From NCBI GenBank assembly GCA_004431415.1, contig QPMI01000423.1:1-64000 (forward strand): a DNA stretch of 64,000 bases, in the 5' to 3' direction. Source of the stretch: Cyanophora paradoxa CCMP329 (Eukaryota > Plantae > Glaucophyta). The translations under genes were made by a program, and so were the position numbers. The notes under the pieces are model-generated. The model worked only from the letters and a program-made list of their open reading frames with translations, was not told the DNA's origin and ran no database searches. Shown here in pieces: positions 10,572 to 19,953 of this stretch; position 1 is the first letter of the stretch; each line of letters opens with the position of its first letter.

Positions 10572-13500
10572 ATGACTGAACCCATAGTAGAAACGACAAT
10601 AAAGAATGCGGTATTGGATAATAATTTTTATATAACCCATGCCAATATACCCAGTGAATCCAATGACCTGATAGTAGATCTAAAAGGGTATGTGATGGGA
10701 GCTATGGCTTCCAACCTGTGGAATGACATTTTTGGTTACGAGTTTGGTCACATATATGACATAGCAAATGGGATTGGCTATGTGGATGCAATGGCGGGAA
10801 CAGTCTTTCGAAATCTTAATTGCAACTGTGTGGGTGGGTGGATGTTTCAGATCTGTTCAAACGTCGATCCTACTATTGATCCAGCTACTGTGACCTTTGA
10901 TTGCAATCTATTCGCCCCTAAAACCATTTTCTCCATCACTTGCAACCTTGTATGTTCAGATGTGCCCATTGTAGCACCTGTAATAGGTGCATCCAATATG
11001 TATATCCAAAGAAATCCGGTCGTGCATACAGGCGCCGAATTTATATTAGGCGACAACACCCCGATTTGCAGACTCGATCGCGATTTACCTAACAGCCATA
11101 ATCTCATGTATTTCACCTCTGAAAATCGCCTTTCGGGTGATTTCTCACCAATTGAACTCACCATACCAAAGCAGAAGGTGAGCTACAAAGAACTCACAGA
11201 TGTTCCTTTAACGTTTCCACCCAGTTCTCACGAGCATTTGTGGGAGCATATCACCAATCGACCATTAACCTTCCCACCTGATCCACACACTCATGATTAC
11301 TTGTCTCTCAAAGGTGGTGTTATCTCATCTAATCTTACAATTTCATCAAACCTTACAGTTACAAGTAACATTTATGCCAGTAACATTTATGCCAGTAACA
11401 TTTACAGCAGTAACCTATGGGCAAGTAATATTAATGGAAGTAATGTAATAGTCGATTATCTCACTGTGAAGATTGAAGCAAACCTACCAAATCACCCGAC
11501 ATCGAATGTTGTTTTAGATTGGTTAGCAAAGCAAAAACACACAAAAGCAGATATTACAGATTTTGCCCACACTCACACAAAAGATCAAATAACAGATTTC
11601 GCCCATAAGCATTTATGGGAAGATATCACAAATCCCCCATCCACCTTCCCACCGGGAAAACACACACATGATTACTCAGAGATTACTAATAGTAACCACA
11701 GGCACCCATGGGATGAAATAGATGAGCAGCCAGTTTTTGCGCAATTGAATGCAATCGGAAACGTTTTTAATGGCGTCACACTTTACCAATCGATTAATAC
11801 ACCTGAAAGGCTGTTTTTGAATGATCATTACGTAAATCTCAATGGGACATTCACAGGTGAAACAGGCACACCGATGGTGGGAACTCTTGCAGTAAGATTA
11901 CCCAGGGATCCAATTGTAAATGGAGTTTATGATGGTGATTTCAATGTAGGAGTAAATGATACTTTCCCCAGTATCTATGTTACGAATTATCACCCGGGTG
12001 AAACAGGACAAGTAGAGAATTTCTCGGCAGCAATACAAGTAAATGTAACAGATCAAAGTGCATATGATGGAGCAAGACCTAAGATAGTTTTCACAAGGGA
12101 GAAAGTTGTAAACTATCTTCCTGTTGTGGGACAACCCACAGATGATCACGGAAAATGCGAGATTGCATGGATAAAAACGACAACAGGTGGCGCCTTAGAA
12201 GTCAATCAGAGAATGGCAGCTAAAAACTTACACAATACCACCCTTTCCGGTGTTGTTACAGATGATTACCTCGAAAGCAAAAACTATGTAGATGATACAG
12301 AACTTGCAGCAATTCTTGAAGATTATGTAACAGATACCGAATTAACGTCGGCTCTTGGGGATTATTTACCCCTTACAGGCGGGACTCTCACAGGTGATGT
12401 GCATGCTCCGAATTTCTTTGTGGACACTCCGAATGATCAGTCATTCCCTGTTGTCCACCTTGGTGCTGAATATGTATTAGATCCAAACACTCCATTTAGT
12501 CGACTTGAATTACCCAATGTTCACAGGCATTTTTGGGAGCATATCATCAATCCCCCATCGACCTATCCACCTGATTCACACGATCATGATTATTTACCAC
12601 TAACAGGTGGAACTGTTGCAGGTGATGTGCATGCTTCTAATTTCTTTGTTACTACTCCGAATGATCAAACATTTCCTGTTGTCCACCTTGGTGCTGAATA
12701 TGTATTAGATCCAAACACTCCAATTAGTCGCATTGAATTACCCAATGTTCACAATGTTCGACCATTAACCTTCGCACCTGATCTACACACTCACACAAAG
12801 TCAGAGATTACAGATTTTTCACACACTCACACAAAGTCAGAAATAACAGATTTTGCCCATACCCACACAAAGTCTCAAATTACAGACTTCCCGACATTTG
12901 CGACTGTGGCAACAACTGGAAACTATGATGATCTGATAAATACACCAACATACACTTCACCAACTGATTTTGACGCTACAAGTGGTATTTCCACAGACCG
13001 CACAGGAGATTGGAGAGATTATGTTGGGCAACCACTTGTAGGTGACACAAGCACTTGGGCAAACACATGGATTGATGGTGATGATGATTGTAGTAGCTGT
13101 AAGATGTATTGGACTGTTCCAACAGACATGAAATCATGTTATATCTATTATACGTGTCAGTATGACAGTAGATACTTTGATGTTGTTGGAATTGAACCAT
13201 CAAACAATACTTATACTCGTTTACGAGTAAATGCCTATGCTCCTGGAATTAATCCTGTAAGAGATTTTAAACAGTTTGTTGCAATAAATTGTGAAGGACT
13301 TGTTAAAGTTGGTGTTCATGGACAAATAGGAAGAATTTATCTTCCAGGTCCGATTACTGTTGGTTGGAGCAAAAACCCCGCTATATCGTCACACAGTGGT
13401 TTCCTCCATTGGAATAATATATACGGGAAGCCAACAGCTTCTACGACTGTCGGTCCTCACTCTCATTTTAAAGCAGATATCACAGATTTCGCACATAGTC

Positions 13501-14108
13501 ACACAAAGGCAAATATAACAGACTTCGCCCATACTCACACAAAATCGGAAATCACGGATTTCCCAACCTTAGACCCATTTGTAGCGAATACAATTACAGC
13601 CAATAACACCATGTATGTGGGATCCGGTCAAATTTACCAACCGAATGCGCCACTTTATTTGGAACAATGGTTTTTCCACAATTCCGCAAATATATACGAT
13701 AAAACGTTATTATGTCGGGGAAATGCTTACGCAAGAGCATATTATGCAATGGATGAAACAGATAATACAAAGATTGCAAAACTTGTTTCAGAACAGCGTG
13801 TCAATAAAGACCAGTATATACAAACAGGGAAATTCTCAAAATCTTTGACAATCACAGGTCCGGGTCATTGGGGATTTCCACAGGTTGTCACATTCCCGAA
13901 AGCATTTGCGGAAGCCCCAGAAGTGGTTCTCAATCTGATACAAGGATATAATGGTGGTTCATATGTATTGGTATATGGTGTCACAAGTTCCACAACAACA
14001 ACATTTACTATTCATGCAACAATTTCGGCAGAACATGCATTCAATGAAAGCATTGGACTTTTCCACTATCAAATGAGTTATATAGCAACAGGGAAGATGG
14101 TAGCATAA
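10572..14108 (+). CDS. 1178-aa tail-fibre-like protein with His-x-His (HTHTKSEITDF) repeats
   Basis: Intact ORF with many HxHTKxxITDF and HxHxWxxI repeats, YLPLTGGT motifs, SNIYA repeats and a C-terminal lectin-like segment (VTFPKAFAEAPEVV...STTTTFTI), all recurrent in phage tail fibres. Confidence 0.8.
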   Translation: MTEPIVETTIKNAVLDNNFYITHANIPSESNDLIVDLKGYVMGAMASNLWNDIFGYEFGHIYDIANGIGYVDAMAGTVFRNLNCNCVGGWMFQICSNVDPTIDPATVTFDCNLFAPKTIFSITCNLVCSDVPIVAPVIGASNMYIQRNPVVHTGAEFILGDNTPICRLDRDLPNSHNLMYFTSENRLSGDFSPIELTIPKQKVSYKELTDVPLTFPPSSHEHLWEHITNRPLTFPPDPHTHDYLSLKGGVISSNLTISSNLTVTSNIYASNIYASNIYSSNLWASNINGSNVIVDYLTVKIEANLPNHPTSNVVLDWLAKQKHTKADITDFAHTHTKDQITDFAHKHLWEDITNPPSTFPPGKHTHDYSEITNSNHRHPWDEIDEQPVFAQLNAIGNVFNGVTLYQSINTPERLFLNDHYVNLNGTFTGETGTPMVGTLAVRLPRDPIVNGVYDGDFNVGVNDTFPSIYVTNYHPGETGQVENFSAAIQVNVTDQSAYDGARPKIVFTREKVVNYLPVVGQPTDDHGKCEIAWIKTTTGGALEVNQRMAAKNLHNTTLSGVVTDDYLESKNYVDDTELAAILEDYVTDTELTSALGDYLPLTGGTLTGDVHAPNFFVDTPNDQSFPVVHLGAEYVLDPNTPFSRLELPNVHRHFWEHIINPPSTYPPDSHDHDYLPLTGGTVAGDVHASNFFVTTPNDQTFPVVHLGAEYVLDPNTPISRIELPNVHNVRPLTFAPDLHTHTKSEITDFSHTHTKSEITDFAHTHTKSQITDFPTFATVATTGNYDDLINTPTYTSPTDFDATSGISTDRTGDWRDYVGQPLVGDTSTWANTWIDGDDDCSSCKMYWTVPTDMKSCYIYYTCQYDSRYFDVVGIEPSNNTYTRLRVNAYAPGINPVRDFKQFVAINCEGLVKVGVHGQIGRIYLPGPITVGWSKNPAISSHSGFLHWNNIYGKPTASTTVGPHSHFKADITDFAHSHTKANITDFAHTHTKSEITDFPTLDPFVANTITANNTMYVGSGQIYQPNAPLYLEQWFFHNSANIYDKTLLCRGNAYARAYYAMDETDNTKIAKLVSEQRVNKDQYIQTGKFSKSLTITGPGHWGFPQVVTFPKAFAEAPEVVLNLIQGYNGGSYVLVYGVTSSTTTTFTIHATISAEHAFNESIGLFHYQMSYIATGKMVA

Positions 14109-14148
14109 TATTCTCACGTAATAATAATAATATTCTCACGTAATAATA
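14105..14148 (+). repeat. Perfect 22-bp tandem duplication (ATAATATTCTCACGTAATAATA x2) between fibre genes
   Basis: Read directly: 14105-14126 equals 14127-14148; lies just upstream of the ATG at 14164. Confidence 0.9.
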
Positions 14149-14163
14149 AAGAACAATCAAAAG

Positions 14164-15159
14164 ATGTCGACAGTATTCACGCCTGTCTTCTCCCTGAGCG
14201 CCTCAGCTGTCCACAACGTGCAACACACTATATATGATCTAAGTGAGTCATTCCCTTCGACTGAGACAGCGAAAACCGATTCTTTCAATGAGACCTCCAT
14301 TCTCAGAGTCAAAGAACTCAGAGCTGACAAGGCTGGTGGAATCGTTAAAGCTACTGAACTGATCGTATCGAATCGACCCGCAATCTCTTCGGGGCTGGTC
14401 ACCAAAGAAAATCTATATGAAGGTCAACAGGATTCCAAAACGGCTTTTAATCCGGCTGATAGGAATTCGGCGGCTTTTCAAGTTATTAGTGGTGGTGCCT
14501 GGATCGGGACTGGACTGAGTGTGAATGGGAGTGCAACAATTACTGGAAGCCTTTCAGCTTCGGGTGGATTCACTGGTTTACTCACAGCAAGTGGTGGGAT
14601 TAAAACGAATTCTATTGATACTGTGGGGGCAACTGATAATTTTACGATAAAGAGAAACGGGGCAACTGTTGCTTCTACATATTCAACAGGTGTGTCTCCA
14701 AATGATTCGTATGGTTTAACAATAAATGGGAGTAAATGCTATCTTGCTCTTCCAAACCACCCCCGTTTCTGTGTTGCACTAACAGCTCCAATCGCTACAA
14801 ACGGAACCATTGGTAACTGGAATTATACATTTCTAAATCATGGAAACCATCTAGCAACATCAACAGGCATCTTCACAGCACCTGTTTCAGGTCACTACAA
14901 GTTCATCTTCTCAGGAGTAACAACAGCAAATAATGTTAATACACAGGTTATCCTGCGACAAAGTAACCTTACAACTCAACTTATTGCACATTCTCCTGGA
15001 CTTGGATCACCACTGAGTAGATCTATTGGGTTTAATTTTAGTGTTAATATGGGAGCGGGAGATACTGTGAGGTTAGATCTTTATGGTGGTGGATTGGATT
15101 CAGCAGGAACACCGGCGATGTATACTGTGTGGTCTGGTGAATTAATTTCTGCAACATAG
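14164..15159 (+). CDS. Fibre-like protein with C-terminal C1q/TNF-like domain
   Basis: Gly/Ser/Thr-rich shaft, then PRFCV...LNHGNHLATSTGIFTAPVSGHYKFIFSG...VNMGAGDTVRL...WSGELI, matching the C1q signature (GxFTAPVxGxYxF, GDxV, SGxL). Confidence 0.8.
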   Translation: MSTVFTPVFSLSASAVHNVQHTIYDLSESFPSTETAKTDSFNETSILRVKELRADKAGGIVKATELIVSNRPAISSGLVTKENLYEGQQDSKTAFNPADRNSAAFQVISGGAWIGTGLSVNGSATITGSLSASGGFTGLLTASGGIKTNSIDTVGATDNFTIKRNGATVASTYSTGVSPNDSYGLTINGSKCYLALPNHPRFCVALTAPIATNGTIGNWNYTFLNHGNHLATSTGIFTAPVSGHYKFIFSGVTTANNVNTQVILRQSNLTTQLIAHSPGLGSPLSRSIGFNFSVNMGAGDTVRLDLYGGGLDSAGTPAMYTVWSGELISAT

Positions 15160-15168
15160 AATAAAAGA

Positions 15169-15432
15169 ATGTCGAACATCTACCAAGTGGTTCTAACTGA
15201 CACTGAGAAACTGGGAATGGAATACTGTGCCTACTCTGTTCAGGATTGGATCGATAATATGGCTCATAATAGGGCGAGAATCGCGATTGATGAGATTGTG
15301 GACAAAGAAGTTAAATCGTGTATTGCCGCTGGAATTCCGATTCCACTCACAAAGGAAGCGATTGTGGAGCAAGCATTTAATCGGGGGACTGTTCGAAAGG
15401 CAAGCGAAATTCCTGTAAGTGCTCCTATGTAA
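15169..15432 (+). CDS. Small phage-like protein, putative fibre partner/chaperone
   Basis: 87 aa starting 9 nt after the C1q gene. YQVVLTDTE...QDWIDNMAHNRARIAIDEIV...IPLTKEAIVEQAF resembles small proteins recalled from aquatic phage tail regions; not verified by search. Confidence 0.65.
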   Translation: MSNIYQVVLTDTEKLGMEYCAYSVQDWIDNMAHNRARIAIDEIVDKEVKSCIAAGIPIPLTKEAIVEQAFNRGTVRKASEIPVSAPM

Positions 15433-15672
15433 AGAATTCGAAGAATGAGAGAGGCGCAGCCGAGGCAGCTTGTCTGACGACTGGGTTTATTGTTATTTTT
15501 CATAGATCATGCATAAGAAAGGCATGTATCTTGCATAGTGGGCGGGGCGCGAGTGGTTCCAGTGCATTAAATGGAACATTTCGATTGAAGTCGCGAGTTT
15601 GTGCAGGTGGGCATTTTCGGCATGCTTGCTCATGCACATACTCGCTTTAAAAAATATAAAATGAAATTCGGT

Positions 15673-15996
15673 TTAACTCTTACGAGTTTTGCTATAACAC
15701 TCTCGGCATTGATAGTTGAGACCATCCTTCGTTCTTTGTCTTTTATTAAACTCACTTGCAAGCTTCTCAATCTTGCAGTGCGAGCATATCTTCGATTGCA
15801 CTTCGATTTTCGGACGCGTTTTTAACACGAAATGATAAAGGTAATTGTGATAGTCTCGGTCGCAGACTTTGCATCTCCAATTTAAAGTAACATTCCCTGA
15901 GCTACGCTTTTGCAATGCATAACTCGATGCCGGTTTTACCTTATCGCAAACATTGCACCGCTTAGTCTCAGGTAGATTTACTTGATTGCTTGCCAT
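15673..15996 (-). CDS. Tandem CxxC...CxxC zinc-finger protein
   Basis: Two repeats, KRCNVCDKVK...WRCKVC and KICSHCKIEKLASEF...QCREC, like the Zn-binding modules that precede HNH/endonuclease VII domains in viruses; no nuclease domain seen. Confidence 0.7.
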   Translation of the reverse strand: MASNQVNLPETKRCNVCDKVKPASSYALQKRSSGNVTLNWRCKVCDRDYHNYLYHFVLKTRPKIEVQSKICSHCKIEKLASEFNKRQRTKDGLNYQCRECYSKTRKS

Positions 15997-16363
15997 TGTT
16001 ACAGTATATTAACTGGAAGTCTTTAAGTGGGGATCACTTGTTTAATTGGTGGGGCTCACCTTGATTTTTCAATTTGGGTAACTGAAAACAGTCCGGAAAC
16101 GATCGGGAACATTTCGTAAAAATGAGGGTCTTACTGTCCTTACTGAGAGATCGGGGGAAAGTTAAAGGGCTTACTGGGAATGGTAAGGAATTAGAAAAAT
16201 GAAGAATGAAAGGGTTTCGTGATTGGTTTCAGTAAGGAAGGGTTAGATGTTTGAAAAATACAATGTGGCTCAGTGCGAATTTGTGATTTTGTGACTGAGA
16301 TTCGTGATGCTGAAAATGTGCTTATTGAAAATGGTCGCGGGAAGGTCGCGCAATTGGTGGGGG

Positions 16364-17650
16364 CTACCCCCATGCGAGCAGGCTCACGAGCCGCCCGATC
16401 TCCGGCGGTAACGTCGTCAACTTGTTGTCGTTCGCGTAAAAACACTTCAAATTTACAAGCTGCCCGATCTCCGGCGGTAGCAATGTAAGCTGGCCATGGT
16501 TGTCACTGAGATTCAGCTCCCTCAGATTCCCGAGCCGCCCGATCTCTGCAGGGAGCGTTCTCAACTCGTTTCGCTGCAACAAGAGCTTTTCCAGGTTCCC
16601 AAGCTGGCCGATCTCTGGCGGTAGAGCTGCAAGCTTGTTGTTGTCCGCACACAGCGTCCTCAGGTTCGCCAGCCGCCCGATCTCCGGAGGCAGCGCTGCG
16701 AGCCTGTTCTTGCTGATATTTAGGTTCTTCAGGCCCACCAGCTGCCCAATCTCTGGAGGCAATAGTACAAATGAACAGCCGGTCACAGAAAACTCCTCCA
16801 GGTTCACAAGTCGACCGATTTCCAGGGGAAGCGCTGTCAACGGATTGCCATCTGCATGCAGCTTCTTGAGGTGTAAGAACAGTCCAATCTCCTCTGGGAG
16901 AGCCGGCAACCCACTGCAGGCCACGTTCAGCTCCTCCAGATTCGCCAGTCCTGCGAGCGCCGCCCAGGTTCCGGTGTTGCTCGTAATCATGGATGAAAAG
17001 TACTTGAGGTTCAGCACACGGAGCATCTTGAGCTGCACAAACTCAGGCGGCAGCTGGGATCCGTAAAATTCCAGGTCGAGCAGCTGCAAATTCACAAGCT
17101 GTCTGATCTCCGCTGGCAGTGATGTCAGCCCGTTGTGTCCCAACGAGAGCTCCACCAGGTTCACGAGCTTCCCGATCTCCGGAGGCAGCGCCGTGAGCTC
17201 GTTCCTGCTGACGTCGAGCTTCTTCAGGTGCGTGAGCCGCCCGATCTCCCGTGGCAGCGCCGCCAGCTTGTTGCTGCGCACGTACAACTCCTCCAGGTTT
17301 ACGAGCTGCCCGATCTCCGGCGGTAGCGATGTGAGCTCGTTGTCGCTGGCGAGAAGCCGCCTGAGGCCCGCGAGCCGCCCGATCTCCGGCGGCAACGCCG
17401 TCAGCCGATCAATGAATATATCGCCCTCCACATTCAGCTCCTCCAGGTTCGCCAGCTTCGCGAGCTCGGCCCAAGGGACGCTCGTGGCCGAGCAGCTCTT
17501 GAGGTCCAGCACGCGGATGTTCTCAGGGCCCGCCCGCTCGATCGCCGCCGCTGCAGCTGCGGCCGACTGCGCGTTTGCCGTCGTGAGGACCAGCTTCCCC
17601 TCGCCGGCAATCCATGTCCAGCCATCGATATCGACGTCCCCCGCATGCAT
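16364..17650 (-). pseudogene. Host leucine-rich repeat protein, 3'-truncated at the viral boundary
   Basis: GC-rich and intronless, with many 23-aa LxxLPPEIGxLxNLxxLxLxxN repeats. The last repeat breaks at EIGRLVSLL-AWG-stop exactly where base composition changes. First ATG at 17650. Confidence 0.85.
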
Positions 17651-19119
17651 TGATGTCCCGCCGGTCCCGGCCCTGCCTGCGACGCGCCCGCGCACGCGGC
17701 GCGATCGTGATCAGTTCGGTCCCAAGGCCGGCGCCGCGGCCGTAAATAAAAGCGCGGACTTCCGAGTGCAAAGTTCCAGTGGGCTAGCTATAGATCGAGG
17801 CTAGGCGCCCCAATTGCAAGCTTAAGGCGCGCGCGCCTTAAGCTTATGCATATATGATCTATCATAGTATCATAGTATAGCTAGCTCTAGATCATAGTAT
17901 AGCTAGCTCTAGATCGATCGCGACTAGTACTCGGCGAGCTCGATCGCGAGCCGCCGCGCCCCAACTGCAAGGCGCGCGCGCCTCATGATCAGGGCTTTAA
18001 GCTTATATGCGCATATCATCTATCATAGTATAGCTAGCTCTAGATCATATATATAGATCTATAAATATGCATATAGCTGGATAGCCAGTACTAGTGATCG
18101 TGATCATATGCATATATATGCATGATAGAAAGTGCGGGGAGTCGGGGACCCCCATTCGTATACGTATATATACGGATCCCGGACGTATATACGCGTATTA
18201 TGCGGCGTATACGTATACGTATCGAAGTTCTATGGCCAGTTGCAATTGGCCGGGCTAGATAGATCGAGGCGCCGCGGCGCCTATAGCTGATGCATGTATA
18301 GATATAGAAAGATAGCCAGTGATCATATGCATAGATATAATTGTATAGCGTACACGTATACGTATATATACGTGTACCGTGGTACGTATATATACATGTA
18401 TGCATGCCGCAGCGCACGCCGTGCACGTGATCATGATGAGCCGCGAGCAGCGCGCACCTTCAGAATGCTTATGTATACGTATGTGATCAGTACAGCGACA
18501 GTACTAGCGCTGTTCCCAGTCGCGCCGCCGATCTGATAGCGATCCTCACGGTCCGATCCTCACGGATCGGTACGGTTGCTGCAGCTGCTAGCTCAGCCTA
18601 GCAGGCCCTAGCTGGCACTTCAAGGAATCAAGGCTTGCTGCAGACCGTCCGGACTCAGTGACTGTGCCACGGTGCTCTAAGATCTAGGTAGAGCCTAGAG
18701 GCAGCAGGCTCTGAGAGCTCGAGGATCGCGCCGATCGCGGGCCGATTCGCGGCGATTGCCAAAAAAAAAAGTTGGCCGCCGCGGCCGGCCGCACAGACTT
18801 CGGCACAGTGGCGCCGGCGTACTAGTAGTACTAGTAGTCTAGTACTACGGTACCACACTAGTGCGGCACTGCGGCACGTACGCTTACCGGCCCGGGTAGA
18901 CCGGCCCGGGCTAGCCGGCTTTACGCCTAGTCGCCGCCTACGCTAGTACGTTAGCCCGTGTATATGTAGGCTCGGTGTATAGCCGGCAAGTCGGCGGCAA
19001 CTTGGCGGCAAGCTACTAGGCTAGCGGCCCATGGCCAGTAGCGGGTAGATTAATTATAAAAAACAATGAATTTGTTTTTGGTGAATTACCGGCGCAATTT
19101 ACCGCGGCCGGTTTTTTCA

Positions 19120-19490
19120 ATGCGGGGAGGGCGCTCGGGCGGGGCCGGGGGCGGGGCGGGGCCGGGCCGGGCCGGGGCGAGGCGGCGAGCCATGCGGGCG
19201 AAGCGGGACTCGCTGCGGGAGGCGGGTCGGCGAGGAGGGCGCGGGGCGGGCCGGCCTCGACCACGCGGCCCCGCTTCAGCACCAGCACCCGGTCCGCGTC
19301 CGCGATCGTCCCCAGCGCTAGCCTGGCCCGCCCCGGGCCCGGCGGCCCCGGCCCGGCCCCGCCCGTCAGCCCAAGATATCGATCTAGATCTAGATCTAGA
19401 GGCCCCGCCCGGCAGCCGGGGCGGGGCCCGGGGTTTAGAGCGAGGCCGAGGGCGCGGGGCCGGGGCCCCGCGGGCGGCCGCGGGCGCTGC
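19120..19490 (-). pseudogene. Degenerate duplicate of the last exon and intron of the ABCC transporter gene
   Basis: Colinear with ~22036-22370 (TIADADRVLVLxRGRVVEAGPPRALLADP) with indels; no upstream exons. Confidence 0.85.
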
Positions 19491-19953
19491 GGGCACTGCA
19501 GGCATAGGTCCGGATCCAGCCATGGCCAGGCAGGAAGGACTGCGCCGCTGTTTCCAGCTGCAGCGGCTCGGCACGGACCGGACCGTACGCGTCACTCAGA
19601 GCCGGGCCGGGGCGGGGGAGATGTCACAGTGTACGTAGTTATAATTATAAGCGGAGGGGATCCGGAGTCCTAGCCCCGCGTGCGGATCCGGAGGGGAGAC
19701 TAAAATTAAAGGGATCCAGGATCCGGAGGAGGTTAAAATCCCAAATTTTAGAAGCGAGGATCAAAGGGTGGAATATTATTTGATCGGCAGCCACGGGGGA
19801 TCCCCCCGCTGCCGGCCGGAGGGGAGGGGAGGAGAGGAAAATCCGGAAAAGGCATGCATGCGCATGCGCAGATCGATATCGATCAACTCGCGCCGCGTTC
19901 GACACACACGCGGCGTTCGCGATAATTCAAGCCGCAGCTGATCGATCGAGGCC

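Larger units (their letters stand above)
1..16374. mobile_element. Endogenous Polinton-like virus / virophage-like element, right-hand part; left end outside window
   Basis: Abrupt switch from low-GC, intronless, tightly packed ORFs to very GC-rich intron-rich host DNA at ~16,375. Contains the morphogenesis module of Polintons/PLVs/virophages (A32-like ATPase, MCP, penton-like proteins) plus fibre genes. Confidence 0.9.

Noticed and set aside
12360-12753. Near-identical repeat pair in a fibre gene as a possible diversity-generating retroelement TR/VR
   Set aside because: Mismatches are not adenine-specific, both copies are in-frame coding, and no reverse transcriptase is visible.
14105-14148. 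Direct repeats as a possible CRISPR array (also the 29280-29400 repeats)
   Set aside because: Adjacent tandem copies or irregular spacing with no unique equal-length spacers, no cas genes, eukaryotic context.
1-16374. Bacteriophage or bacterial contamination
   Set aside because: Fibres look phage-like, but the core is an A32 ATPase with jelly-roll-type capsid genes, with no terminase/portal or Shine-Dalgarno pattern, and it joins a eukaryotic gene. A chimeric join cannot be fully excluded without reads.
18091-18536. Tyr/Ile/Thr-rich ORFs
   Set aside because: Arise from low-complexity TATA/TACG palindromic intergenic sequence.
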